Source: Dehalococcoidia bacterium (GTDB taxonomy: Bacteria > Chloroflexota > Dehalococcoidia > Lucifugimonadales > VXLM01). Taken from it: a stretch of 64,000 nucleotides of DNA. The stretch lies in the NCBI GenBank assembly GCA_963662435.1, contig OY759598.1, forward strand, positions 4,005,923 to 4,069,922. Direction: 5' to 3'. The position numbers and the translations under genes were made by a program. The notes beneath the pieces were generated by a model, which saw only the letters and a list, made by a program, of their open reading frames with translations, made no database searches and was not told the DNA's origin. Below, one piece after another: positions 10,018 through 20,115 of the stretch (position 1 is its first letter; each line of letters begins with the position of its first letter).

Positions 10018-11319
10018 ATGACAATTTCTCGGAACCTCATTGTGATCACAGCGCTTACTTTCCTGTTTGCGCTCGCGTTGGCGGCGTGCGGTGGGAGTGA
10101 CGGAGCAGACGCCCCGGACGAACCGACTGCGACCCCCAGGGCGACGGCCACTCCTTCGGTCTCCAGCGTGGATACCGACAAGGCGCCGCCACCACCCACG
10201 CCCGTTCCTGATCCGACGGCAACCCCTGCCCCCGATCCTCTAGCAGGTCCACAGGGACAAGAAGGACTCATGGCGCCGGAACTCGCCGGCATCAGTTCCT
10301 TCATAAACACTGAGCCGTTTACGTTGGAGGAACTCAGAGGGGATCAGGTCGTTCTCATCGACTTCTGGACCTACACCTGCGTCAACTGCATACGGACGTT
10401 GCCATTCATCAAGGAGTGGCATGACAAATACAGTGACGCAGGTCTCGTGATCGTAGGCGTTCATGCGCCGGAGTTCGAGTTTGAAAAGCTCGAATCGAAC
10501 GTGAAGATGGCGGTCGAGGACTGGGGTATCGAGTACCCCGTTGTCTTGGACAACGATCACGCTACTTGGAATAACTTCCTCAACAGGTCGTGGCCGGCAA
10601 AGTACCTCATCGACAAAGACGGAGTCATCCGCTACACGCACTTCGGCGAGGGTGAATACATCGAGACGGAGGACGAGATACGTAAGGTCTTGGGAGAGCT
10701 CGACGAAAAAGTAGCCAGCATCGAACACAGCAACATCGAGGACGCCAATTTCCACCTGGATGCGCTCGCTGAAGACCCCCTGGAAGGCCTGACTCGCGAG
10801 CTGTACGCGGGCGTTGAACGAAACTACGGCGCTCTCCAGTTTGGAGGCTCCCCATATGTCCTCCACGAAGAGTACTATCAGGGCCTTGGACGCGTAGTTG
10901 AATATGAGGATGTAAGCGAGGAGCATTACAACCAATTCATCTACCTTCAGGGATCGTGGATCAACGAGCTCGAACATCTCCGCCATGCACGGGTCACCGA
11001 GGATTTCGAAGACTACATCCTAGTCAACTTCAAGGCGGCGGAGGTCAACGTCGTGCTGACCAAGGAAGACAGTGTTGAGCCTTACGACGTAAGAGTTCTC
11101 GTCAACGACGAGCCAGTGAATGAGACCCAGGCGGGCCTGGACGTCCAGTGGGACGACGAGGGCAACAGCTTCATTCGGGTGGAAGAGCCACGCATGTATC
11201 GCGTGATTCAGCTCGACGACTTCGAGGGTCACGAGCTCAAGCTGAGTTCGAACTCCGATCAGTTCCGCGTATTCGCATACACCTTTGGGGCATACGTCGA
11301 GGAGCAACCGCTCCCATAG
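10018..11319 (+). CDS. Redoxin/DipZ-like thiol-disulfide oxidoreductase lipoprotein
   Basis: Lipobox LAAC; DFWTYTCVNC, GVHAPEF, WPAKYLID, HFGEGEY, AYTFG. Confidence 0.87.
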   Translation: MTISRNLIVITALTFLFALALAACGGSDGADAPDEPTATPRATATPSVSSVDTDKAPPPPTPVPDPTATPAPDPLAGPQGQEGLMAPELAGISSFINTEPFTLEELRGDQVVLIDFWTYTCVNCIRTLPFIKEWHDKYSDAGLVIVGVHAPEFEFEKLESNVKMAVEDWGIEYPVVLDNDHATWNNFLNRSWPAKYLIDKDGVIRYTHFGEGEYIETEDEIRKVLGELDEKVASIEHSNIEDANFHLDALAEDPLEGLTRELYAGVERNYGALQFGGSPYVLHEEYYQGLGRVVEYEDVSEEHYNQFIYLQGSWINELEHLRHARVTEDFEDYILVNFKAAEVNVVLTKEDSVEPYDVRVLVNDEPVNETQAGLDVQWDDEGNSFIRVEEPRMYRVIQLDDFEGHELKLSSNSDQFRVFAYTFGAYVEEQPLP

Positions 11320-11458
11320 ACCGAAAGCGCTCAAAACTGAGCCCATGTAAAGCGGCCCGGGGATGATTGCACAAGCACTCATTGCCGGGCCGATTTGCGT
11401 CCGTCCCGAATTCTCGGTAGGCTGAGCGCGAATTCGCGGCACGGAGAAAAACGGCAGC

Positions 11459-12223
11459 TTGAACACCATTCTTCTGGGAGCCGGTCGCGGGGCGCGGCTC
11501 ATGCCCCTTACGGCGTCTCAACCCAAGTGCTTCACCGAAGTAGCCGGGACCAGTATCCTCGATTGGACTCTGCGCGCATTCGATGAAAACGGCCTGGACC
11601 GATTCGTGTTCGTAGGCGGGTATCTCATCGATGTGGTGCAAGGTGCCTATCCGAGTTTTGCCTACGTGGAAAACGCCGCATGGCCCACGACCAATATCCT
11701 AGCGTCCCTCGTCTGTGCACGTGAGTACATGGCAGACGGCTTTTACGCTACATACACCGACACGTTGTACCTCGGCGATGCGGTGAAGGCGCTGCAGGAC
11801 TCGCCGCACGATATCACACTCGTCATGGACACCCGTTGGCGTGAACGGTACGTATTCCGCAGTATGCACCCCGAGACCGATGCCGAAAAGATGGTCGTGG
11901 AAGGGGATCGTGTGGTGGAGGTATCGCGGACCATAGATCCTGAGGTGGCCTCCGGGGAGTATACCGGCGTTATCAAGATGTCGGCCAAGGGGGCATCTCA
12001 ATTCCTGGGATTCCATGATGAACTACACGCCAAGCTTGGAGACGAGCAGATCATCGCCGACAGTCGTCCCTTTCGCATGGCCTACGTCATTCACCTACTC
12101 GACCGAATGATCCGGTCTGGTATTTCAGTGCACTCCGTGGCGGTACCAGGTGACTATCATGAGATCGACACCATTCAGGACTATCATCTTGCCACCGCCG
12201 ACTGGATGCGGTTCGCTACCTGA
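11459..12223 (+). CDS. Nucleotidyltransferase, phosphocholine cytidylyltransferase (LicC)-like
   Basis: ILLGAGRGARLMPLT..PKC, GEYTG, EIDT motifs; TTG start. Confidence 0.8.
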   Translation: MNTILLGAGRGARLMPLTASQPKCFTEVAGTSILDWTLRAFDENGLDRFVFVGGYLIDVVQGAYPSFAYVENAAWPTTNILASLVCAREYMADGFYATYTDTLYLGDAVKALQDSPHDITLVMDTRWRERYVFRSMHPETDAEKMVVEGDRVVEVSRTIDPEVASGEYTGVIKMSAKGASQFLGFHDELHAKLGDEQIIADSRPFRMAYVIHLLDRMIRSGISVHSVAVPGDYHEIDTIQDYHLATADWMRFAT

Positions 12224-12288
12224 TCCCTATCTATGTTCCCTTTCGACAGTGCAAAGAATAGAGCCATGAATTCTCGCCGGAGACCCGG

Positions 12289-13359
12289 ATGAACGAAGAC
12301 CTGTTCCCGACCACCGTCGTCGGCTCGATGCCGAGGCCTCAATACGTCCGAGACCTCATCGAAAACCAGGTCGAAGAGGGTGGCTCGTCGGCTGAATTCC
12401 GACGGATGATGGACTCCGCCATTCCCTACGTGGCGCAGATGCAGGAACTCGCCGGAATCGACATCATCTCCGATGGCGAATGGAGGCGGAAGTCGTACAT
12501 CGGCATCATTGCCGACATCTGCAGTGGATTCGAGTTGTCGATCAAGGAGGTGCTCGGACAGCGTCAGACGTGGCATGTCGTCACGTCCGAACTGGAGGTC
12601 GTGAACCCCGGTCTGCTGGCCAGGGAAGCCAGGTTCCTGAAAGAGCACACCAGTCGCGATATCAAGGTCGCCATTCCGTCGCCCTACTTGATAGGCGAGC
12701 GAATGTGGGACGAGGAATTGTCGAGTGGGACATATCCCACGCGGAGGGACTTCACGGAGGCGCTGGTACCTGTGCTGCGGCAAGAGCTCATCGCCTTGCG
12801 CGATGAAGGCGTAGAGGTGGCACAGATCGACGATCCCCATCTTTGCCTGTTTGTTGACCCAAAGGTCAGGGCAGCGTACGACGATCCGCTGGCGGAAATG
12901 GCCTTTTGCGTTGACCTCCTCAACCAAGTCGTAGAGGGAGTGGAGGGCGTGCGGTTGGCAGTCCACCTGTGCAGGCGAAACAAGGGACGAGCTGGATGGG
13001 TGGGCGAAGGAGGATACGGACCGATCCTTCCCGCCCTTTCTGATCTGCAGGTCGACATCCTCATGCTGGAATTCGCGATTCCTGCGGCAGGTGATTTTGC
13101 AGTACTACGCGAATTGCCCGAAAGGTTCGACATCGGGCTAGGATGCGTGGACTGTCGGAGCAATCATATAGATACGCCCGATGAGATCGCCGACCGCGTC
13201 CGGGGGGCCGCCCAATACGTGGCGCCGGAACGCGTTATCCTTCATCCCGACTGTGGATTCGCGCCGGGCAGCGCAGCCGACATCCCTCTCGACGAGGCGT
13301 ATCTGAAACTCAGGAACGAGGCGTTGGCGGCATCACTTCTTCGGGAGGAGTTCCGGTAG
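12289..13359 (+). CDS. Cobalamin-independent methionine synthase II family protein
   Basis: TTVVGSMPRP, DIISDGEWRR, QIDDP, HLC, HPDCGF zinc ligands. Confidence 0.88.
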   Translation: MNEDLFPTTVVGSMPRPQYVRDLIENQVEEGGSSAEFRRMMDSAIPYVAQMQELAGIDIISDGEWRRKSYIGIIADICSGFELSIKEVLGQRQTWHVVTSELEVVNPGLLAREARFLKEHTSRDIKVAIPSPYLIGERMWDEELSSGTYPTRRDFTEALVPVLRQELIALRDEGVEVAQIDDPHLCLFVDPKVRAAYDDPLAEMAFCVDLLNQVVEGVEGVRLAVHLCRRNKGRAGWVGEGGYGPILPALSDLQVDILMLEFAIPAAGDFAVLRELPERFDIGLGCVDCRSNHIDTPDEIADRVRGAAQYVAPERVILHPDCGFAPGSAADIPLDEAYLKLRNEALAASLLREEFR

Positions 13360-13445
13360 CTGATGGAGTTGCCGGGCAGCACAACCTGAATCGAAAAGCC
13401 CGTAGCTCTAAGGGTTACGTAGGGCTCAATCAAGAGGAGTGCCAA

Positions 13446-14228
13446 TTGCGGGAAATACGGGAAAATCGGATCAAGAGGAAGCTCGACCGAGGCGAGGTCG
13501 TCAGCGTCATAGAGGGGTTTCACACGGCTGAGATCGTAGACTTTCTTGGCCCTATGGGGTTCGACGGCGTATGGGTCGAGACCGAGCATGGCGCAATCGA
13601 CTTCAGGGAGATCCAGAACATCACAAGGTCGTGTGATCTTTGGGGAATGACGTCACTTATCCGGGTAAACCGCGTGGACTACGGTCTAATCTACAGGTCG
13701 CTCGATCAAGGCGCTCAAGGTGTGATCGTGCCGCACGTCGATACGGCGGAACAGGCCAAGGAGGTCGTACGAGCCTCTCGGTATGGGCCAATTGGGGCCA
13801 GGGGAATGTACGAGAGCCGACAGGCGTTCGGCATCGGTTCGGAGGAGTACTTCAGGTCAGCCAACCAAGAAACCCTCGTGGTCGTGATGATCGAGGACAT
13901 CCTGGCAATAGAGAATCTGCCGAAAATCCTAGCAGTAGACCACATCGATGTATTCTTCGTTGCGCCGAGCGACCTGGCTCAAAGCATGGGGCTGGTCGGC
14001 CAGATTAATCATCCGAGGGTCAGGCAGACTATATTCGATGCCGTTTCATGCATCTCCGACGCCGGACGCACCGCTGGGACCATAGCGTGGGCATCGACGG
14101 CGGAAGAGGTGGTAGAAGCCGGTGCAAGGTTCCTGATGACAAGCTGGCTGGCCTACCTGGCTGAGGGTTCCAAGACCTATCTCAACGCCGTGCAGCGTGC
14201 AGCCGGAGGGAGCGGCGACCCTTCGTGA
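13446..14228 (+). CDS. HpcH/HpaI aldolase/citrate lyase family protein
   Basis: ETEHG, LDQGAQGVIVPHV, MIE, APSDL motifs. Confidence 0.88.
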   Translation: MREIRENRIKRKLDRGEVVSVIEGFHTAEIVDFLGPMGFDGVWVETEHGAIDFREIQNITRSCDLWGMTSLIRVNRVDYGLIYRSLDQGAQGVIVPHVDTAEQAKEVVRASRYGPIGARGMYESRQAFGIGSEEYFRSANQETLVVVMIEDILAIENLPKILAVDHIDVFFVAPSDLAQSMGLVGQINHPRVRQTIFDAVSCISDAGRTAGTIAWASTAEEVVEAGARFLMTSWLAYLAEGSKTYLNAVQRAAGGSGDPS

Positions 14229-14282
14229 CTTGGGAGGACCGACTGCGATAGTGGGCGTTCTGCGTGCTATCATTACTGCCTC

Positions 14283-15371
14283 ATGAAACCTAGTGAACTA
14301 AAGCACTGGATCGCCTTCACACGCGTACCATTCATAGGAACGGTACGCCTACGTCTGATTGAGAAACGCTTCGGCTCGCTCTCGGACGCTTGGAGCGCAA
14401 GTGAAGCGGCACTTCGTGAAGCTGGTCTGGACGAGAGAGCTACGCGCTCGGTCCTGAGGCATCGGACCAGAATCAACCCTGACGAGGAACTAGCTCTACT
14501 GGAGAAGCATGAGTGCACGGCCTTCACGTGGCACGACTCTGAGTATCCGGCTCGACTCAAGGAGATCGACGACGCACCGCCGGTGCTGTATGTGAAGGGT
14601 GAACTGGCGCCAAAGGACGAGAGATCGGTCGCCGTTGTCGGCACACGGCGTGTCACGGCATATGGTAGGGAGGTCACCCACCGGCTGTCCACTGATCTCA
14701 CGAAGTCAAACGTGGTTATAGTTAGCGGCCTTGCCAGTGGAGTGGACGGCATAGCCCACCGAGCTGCACTGGAAGCGGGAGGCCGAACGATCGCCGTGCT
14801 AGGAAATGGCGTGGACATCGTCTACCCTCGCCAACACGCCCGGCTAGCTGACGAGATTGCTGAGAATGGCGCCGTCGTATCCGAACACCCTATAGGCACA
14901 AAGCCAAAGGCCGAGCACTTTCCGCGGCGAAATCGGATTCTCAGTGGAATTACACTGGGAACACTCGTGATCGAGGCTGCTGAAAGCAGCGGTGCCTTGA
15001 TAACCGCCAGGCATGCCCTCGATCAGAATCGTGAGGTATTCGCCGTGCCGGGCAGCATCCTGTCACCCGGCAGTCGCGGCACCAATAGCCTGATCCAGCG
15101 CATGGAAGCGAAGCCCGTCCATAAGCACGAGGATATTCTCGAGGAACTCAACCTCTCGTTTGTGGGAGAGCAAATCGAGATGGCGGCACTGTTCCCGGCC
15201 AACGATGACGAGTCTAAGGTCTTGTACCACCTCAGCCAGGAACCGACTCACATCGACGAGATCCTCCGTGGTTCCGGGATGACAATCTCGGTCGTGAGCA
15301 GTCTCCTCGCGATGATGGAGCTTCGCGGTCTCGTCCGGCAGGTGGGCGGGATGAATTACGTCAGAGCATAA
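14283..15371 (+). CDS. dprA: DNA-processing protein DprA
   Basis: AVVGTR, VSGLASGVD, FPRRNRI, SGALITA, VFAVPG; C-terminal winged helix. Confidence 0.95.
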   Translation: MKPSELKHWIAFTRVPFIGTVRLRLIEKRFGSLSDAWSASEAALREAGLDERATRSVLRHRTRINPDEELALLEKHECTAFTWHDSEYPARLKEIDDAPPVLYVKGELAPKDERSVAVVGTRRVTAYGREVTHRLSTDLTKSNVVIVSGLASGVDGIAHRAALEAGGRTIAVLGNGVDIVYPRQHARLADEIAENGAVVSEHPIGTKPKAEHFPRRNRILSGITLGTLVIEAAESSGALITARHALDQNREVFAVPGSILSPGSRGTNSLIQRMEAKPVHKHEDILEELNLSFVGEQIEMAALFPANDDESKVLYHLSQEPTHIDEILRGSGMTISVVSSLLAMMELRGLVRQVGGMNYVRA

Positions 15372-15508
15372 TTGCAGCCACTCAAGATTCATCGAAATTT
15401 CGGTTGCAAACCGGATACGGCCTGTGTACATAATACCTAGTGGAGGCAGGAACTACCCTGCCTGTTTTGTTGTAACGATCCCTCTATCTCAAAACTTATG
15501 GAATAACT

Positions 15509-17671
15509 ATGGGTAAAGACCTCGTAATCGTAGAGTCGCCCGCCAAGGCCCGAACTATCGGCAGATTCCTCGGCGGCAAGTATGACACCAAGGCCTCGAT
15601 GGGCCATGTACGCGACATTCCCTCGAAGGAGATGGGAGTCAGGGTCGATGACCTGAGCTTCGTGCCCAAGTATCGCGTGATGCCGGACAAGCGGAAGGTC
15701 GTCAAGGAGATCGCCGACGCCGCGAAGTCCGCTTCCACCGTTTACCTCGCCACCGACCCGGACCGCGAGGGGGAGGCCATCTCTTGGCACCTCATCAGTG
15801 CGGCCAAGATCGATGCTTCCAAGGTCAAACGCGTAATCTTCCACGAAATCACCGACGGAGCGGTCAAGGAGGCTTTCTCCCACCCCCGCGAACTCGATGA
15901 CCACCTGATCGACGCCCAACAGGCGAGAAGGGTACTCGACCGGCTTGTTGGTTACGAGCTCAGCCCCGTTCTGTGGAAGAAGGTCCGACGGGGCCTGTCT
16001 GCGGGCAGAGTCCAGTCCGTGGCGCTAAGGCTCATCGTCGAGCGGGAGCAGGAGATCGAGGCCTTCAAGTCCGATGAATACTGGAGCATTGAAGCCCAGC
16101 TAGTCCCAAAGTCCAAGAATGGTGCGGAAGCACAGACCTTTAGTGCAGAGCTTCGACGTCTGCAAGGAAGCAAGAACCGCATCGAGATCAAGAACGAAGC
16201 CGAGTCCACCGCAATTGTCGGCGACCTTGAAGGCGCGACATATCGCGTGACTTCGGTACAAAGACGTGAACGGCGACGGAAGCCTTCGGCCCCGTTCATT
16301 ACCAGCACCCTCCAGCAGGAGGCGTCGCGGAAATTGGGTTTTACGGCTCAACGGACGATGGTAGTGGCCCAGCAGTTGTACGAGGGCATAAATGTCGGCA
16401 GTGGCGAAACGTCCGGCCTCATTACATACATGCGAACAGACTCCACCAACGTAGCGGAGTCTGCGCTGAGTGAATCGGCGGCATACGTGAAGGAGAAGTT
16501 TGGAAGCAGCTTTGCTCCCAAGACCCCTCGTCGTTATACCAAGCGTGTACGCGGCGCTCAGGAGGCCCATGAGGCGATTCGTCCGACCTCTCTCTTCGCC
16601 GAGCCGGACAAGGTGAAGAACCACCTCACACCCGAGCAGTTTCGGCTGTACGAACTCATTTGGCGGCGAATGCTCGCCTCCCAAATGAATGACGCGGTCT
16701 TCGACGCCACGCGAGTGGACATCGACGCAGAAAGTGTAGTTTCCGGCACACACTACGACTTTAGAGCCACGGGCTCGGTGCTCAAGTTTGCCGGCTTCAG
16801 GAGGGTCTACATGGAGGGGATTGATTCCTCCAACGGCAAGGCCTCAGAGGAGTCCCGCGAACTTCCGCAGCTGGATGACGGCGATCCCCTGGACCTGGCG
16901 GCACTGACACCTGAGCAGCACTTCACACAGCCTCCTCCTCGTTACAGCGAAGCATCCATAGTGCGGGCTCTCGAAGAGGAAGGCATCGGACGTCCAAGCA
17001 CGTACGCGCCAACGATCGCGACCGTACTCGACCGTGACTACGCGAGAAAGGTCAAAGGGCGCTTCGAGCCGACGAAGCTGGGCAGGGCCGTTACAGGACT
17101 GCTCATTCAGCATTTCCCCGATGTGGTGGACATAGGGTTCACGGCTAAGGTGGAGGAGCAGCTCGACGAGATAGCCAGCGGCGAACGCGCTTGGAATCCG
17201 ATGTTGAAGGACTTCTACGGGCCATTCAACTCGACCGTCAAAGAGGCCCTCGAAAAGGCCGACCGCGTGCCGAGCAGCGAGATCGACGAAGAGAGCAGCG
17301 AAGTCTGCGACAAGTGCGAAAGCCCGATGGTCATCAAGACGGGAAGGTTCGGACGATTCCTCTCTTGCAGCGGCTTCCCCAATTGCAGGAACTCCAAGCC
17401 GCTGATGGAGCGGGTCGGCGTGGAGTGTCCGAAAGACGGTGGCGACATCGTCGAACGACGACAGCGTGGCAAAGGCGGCAGGAAGTTCTACGGTTGCGCC
17501 AACTATCCCGACTGCGACTTCACGGTCAACCGCAAGCCTATCGAGCCTCCTTGTCCAGAGTGTGGCGGTCTCCTGGCCGAGCAAGGTCGCGACCGCTGCC
17601 GATGCACTCAGTGTGAATACCGCGGTCCGATTCCCGAGCCTGTCAAGACCGGAGAACTGGTCGAAGCGTAA
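15509..17671 (+). CDS. topA: DNA topoisomerase I
   Basis: VIVESPAK, ATDPDREGE, SAGRVQS, ITYMRTDS, GIGRPSTY; C-terminal zinc ribbons. Confidence 0.97.
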   Translation: MGKDLVIVESPAKARTIGRFLGGKYDTKASMGHVRDIPSKEMGVRVDDLSFVPKYRVMPDKRKVVKEIADAAKSASTVYLATDPDREGEAISWHLISAAKIDASKVKRVIFHEITDGAVKEAFSHPRELDDHLIDAQQARRVLDRLVGYELSPVLWKKVRRGLSAGRVQSVALRLIVEREQEIEAFKSDEYWSIEAQLVPKSKNGAEAQTFSAELRRLQGSKNRIEIKNEAESTAIVGDLEGATYRVTSVQRRERRRKPSAPFITSTLQQEASRKLGFTAQRTMVVAQQLYEGINVGSGETSGLITYMRTDSTNVAESALSESAAYVKEKFGSSFAPKTPRRYTKRVRGAQEAHEAIRPTSLFAEPDKVKNHLTPEQFRLYELIWRRMLASQMNDAVFDATRVDIDAESVVSGTHYDFRATGSVLKFAGFRRVYMEGIDSSNGKASEESRELPQLDDGDPLDLAALTPEQHFTQPPPRYSEASIVRALEEEGIGRPSTYAPTIATVLDRDYARKVKGRFEPTKLGRAVTGLLIQHFPDVVDIGFTAKVEEQLDEIASGERAWNPMLKDFYGPFNSTVKEALEKADRVPSSEIDEESSEVCDKCESPMVIKTGRFGRFLSCSGFPNCRNSKPLMERVGVECPKDGGDIVERRQRGKGGRKFYGCANYPDCDFTVNRKPIEPPCPECGGLLAEQGRDRCRCTQCEYRGPIPEPVKTGELVEA

Positions 17672-17739
17672 AACTCCAACAAAAGTGGACTCAACACACG
17701 TAGGGGCGCGTTTCGACGCGCCCTTATCATGTAATCGAG

Positions 17740-18675
17740 ATGAACGAATCCACTTGGCTGGAACTGATCGATAAGTTCGACACGCATTTAACGGCGGAGA
17801 AGGGACTCGCGCCCCTGACCCGGCGGAACTACACGACCGACATCGAACCCCTCTTCGAGTTCATGCGTCGCGAGGATATCGCCGAGCTTTCTGATCTCGA
17901 CCGCTACCGGATAAGGGCATACCTGGCGTGGCTGGTCGAACTCGGTTACGTGAAGGCCAGCGTCGTTCGAAAGCTCAGCGCTCTACGCACATTCATACGC
18001 TGGCTCATACGGACCGGCGTCCTGACGGAAGATCCCCTTCCCACGCGGGGCATGATGAAGAAGGAGTCACGCCTGCCGCGGTTCCTCTCGCAAAACGAAG
18101 CCGCGCGGTTGGTATCCGCACCTGACGGCTCCGACGGTCTTGGGCTCCGCGATCGTGCGCTGCTGGAGGTCATTTACGCGGCGGGGCTTAGGGTCAGCGA
18201 GACGCGTGACCTGAATGTCGCCGACATTAACTTCGAGACCAAGGAGCTCCGTGTGCGGGGTAAGGGATCGAAGCAAAGGGTCGTGCTGATCGGGGAAGCG
18301 GCCCACCGGGCGCTGTCGCGGTACCTCCTGGAGGTGCGCCCCACTATCGCAACGCGAGATAGCGGCTCGGCGGTGTTCCTGAACAGGAGCGGAGGAAGGC
18401 TGAGCCAGCGGAGCATCCAGTCCAAGGTCCGCAAGTACTCGACGATGACGGGGCTCAGGACCGACGTGCATACCCATACGATTCGGCACTCGTTCGCCAC
18501 CCACCTGCTGGAGGGAGGCGCCGACCTGCGAGTGGTCCAGGAACTGCTCGGGCACGCATCGCCGGCGACGACCCAGATATACACGCACGTGACCCAGACG
18601 CAGGCGAAGCAGGCCTACCTTGCCGCACATCCACGGGCATCCAGGACGGCCTCACGGGTCGACCCAAGCGCCTGA
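17740..18675 (+). CDS. xerC: Tyrosine recombinase XerC/XerD
   Basis: GLRVSE, GKGSK, HTIRHSFATHLL, LLGH, TTQIY; conserved position after topA. Confidence 0.88.
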   Translation: MNESTWLELIDKFDTHLTAEKGLAPLTRRNYTTDIEPLFEFMRREDIAELSDLDRYRIRAYLAWLVELGYVKASVVRKLSALRTFIRWLIRTGVLTEDPLPTRGMMKKESRLPRFLSQNEAARLVSAPDGSDGLGLRDRALLEVIYAAGLRVSETRDLNVADINFETKELRVRGKGSKQRVVLIGEAAHRALSRYLLEVRPTIATRDSGSAVFLNRSGGRLSQRSIQSKVRKYSTMTGLRTDVHTHTIRHSFATHLLEGGADLRVVQELLGHASPATTQIYTHVTQTQAKQAYLAAHPRASRTASRVDPSA

Positions 18676-18719
18676 CCGACGGGCACCTGCCCAACTTGGG
18701 CCTCTGCTACAATCGTTCG

Positions 18720-19931
18720 GTGACGACATTGCGATCCGACGACCAGCCCCCCGAGCTTGCCGAGCTAACTCTCCTCGACGAGATTGGCCCTCTTGGCGAC
18801 TGCCTTGCGGAGTTCGAGGAGGGGCGAATTAACGTATTCGGCGGCATCCCCGGAGAGCGGGTGGTCGCCCGGATCGTTCGGTACCGCAGGCGCAGGAAGC
18901 GGATGGTCTCCGGTCTCGTGCACGAAGTCGTCACCGCATCACCCCACCGGGTTGCGGCACCGTGCCAGTACTTCGGGGCGTGCACCGGCTGCCAGTGGCA
19001 ACATATTTTGTATAGTCATCAGCTTGTCCTCAAGCGGGAGTATGTGGAACGGAACTTCGATGATTTTCCATCCCTTGAAGGGATCGCCATCGAACCGTGC
19101 ATACCGGCACCGAGCCTGTACGGGTACCGGAACCATGCCCGTTATACGATCCGGCGGGAGGGCAGTCCGGGGTTCGTGAACAGGATCACGCGCAGGTTCG
19201 TGCAGACTGACGAGTGCATGCTGATGACGCCGGGAATCAACCGTCTTGCGGGTGAACTCAGGGGTCGGGCCCAGGAGACGAGCCAGCTGTCCATCCGGTA
19301 CGGGGTCAATACCGACGAGTGGCTCATTCAACCCAAGCTGAAGAGTGAGGACATTCCGCTGGAGTCGGGCCAGAGTCACTATACCGAAAGGCTGCTTGAT
19401 CACACGTTTCGCATTGCCTCGCCTTCGTTCTTCCAGGTAAACACCGAGCAGGCGGAGCGACTGGCGGAGCTTGTGGTGGAGACGCTGGAGCTTACCGGCA
19501 GGGAGGTGGTCGTGGACGCCTACGCTGGGGTGGGGACGTTTGCCATACTGCTGGCCGAATCAGCGGGGAAGGTACTCGCCATCGAGGAGTCAGCGGCCGC
19601 GATCCGGGACGCCGCTGCGAACGCATCCGTCATCGAGAACGTGGAGTTCATCGAAGGGAAGACGGAGGACGTTCTTGACTCGATGCAGGTACGTCCCGAC
19701 GCGGTTATCCTCGACCCATCGCGGTCGGGGTGCCACCCGACCGTCCTCGAGGCGCTCATCCGACTTGGCCCGGAGCGGACGGTGTACGTGTCGTGCGACC
19801 CGGAGGCGCTGGCGCGGGACCTCGACGTGCTGGTGCGGGGCGGGTTCAGGATCGAGTCGGTGCGGCCGATCGACATGTTTCCGCAGACGCATCACGTGGA
19901 GACGGTGGCGCTATTGGGACGGAGAAAGTAG
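18720..19931 (+). CDS. rlmD: 23S rRNA (uracil-5)-methyltransferase RlmD/TrmA family
   Basis: C..FG.C.GCQWQH, SFFQVN, DAYAGVG, YVSCDP, DMFPQTHHVE; GTG start inferred. Confidence 0.9.
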   Translation: MTTLRSDDQPPELAELTLLDEIGPLGDCLAEFEEGRINVFGGIPGERVVARIVRYRRRRKRMVSGLVHEVVTASPHRVAAPCQYFGACTGCQWQHILYSHQLVLKREYVERNFDDFPSLEGIAIEPCIPAPSLYGYRNHARYTIRREGSPGFVNRITRRFVQTDECMLMTPGINRLAGELRGRAQETSQLSIRYGVNTDEWLIQPKLKSEDIPLESGQSHYTERLLDHTFRIASPSFFQVNTEQAERLAELVVETLELTGREVVVDAYAGVGTFAILLAESAGKVLAIEESAAAIRDAAANASVIENVEFIEGKTEDVLDSMQVRPDAVILDPSRSGCHPTVLEALIRLGPERTVYVSCDPEALARDLDVLVRGGFRIESVRPIDMFPQTHHVETVALLGRRK

Positions 19932-20018
19932 TACGCATTGCGTATTTCGTAGGGGTGCGCTGGTCGCACTGCGGATTATGTTTAGCCCCTTCTGTAGCCT
20001 TTCAAGTACCTGCGGATT

Positions 20019-20098
20019 CCCCCTCTCTGTATCTCTCCCCCGGCGGGGGAGAAATTGTGGGTGGTTGAATCACCCTTCGACTGGCTCAGGGTGAACGG
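20019..20098 (+). repeat. REP-like families C and A
   Basis: Matches copies at 7417 and 7079. Confidence 0.7.
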
Positions 20099-20115
20099 CA
20101 TTCATTCTAGGTACC

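Noticed and set aside
17740..18675. Tyrosine recombinase as an integron or phage integrase
   Set aside because: XerC-like size and motifs in conserved dprA-topA-xerC context; no IntI insertion or attC sites seen
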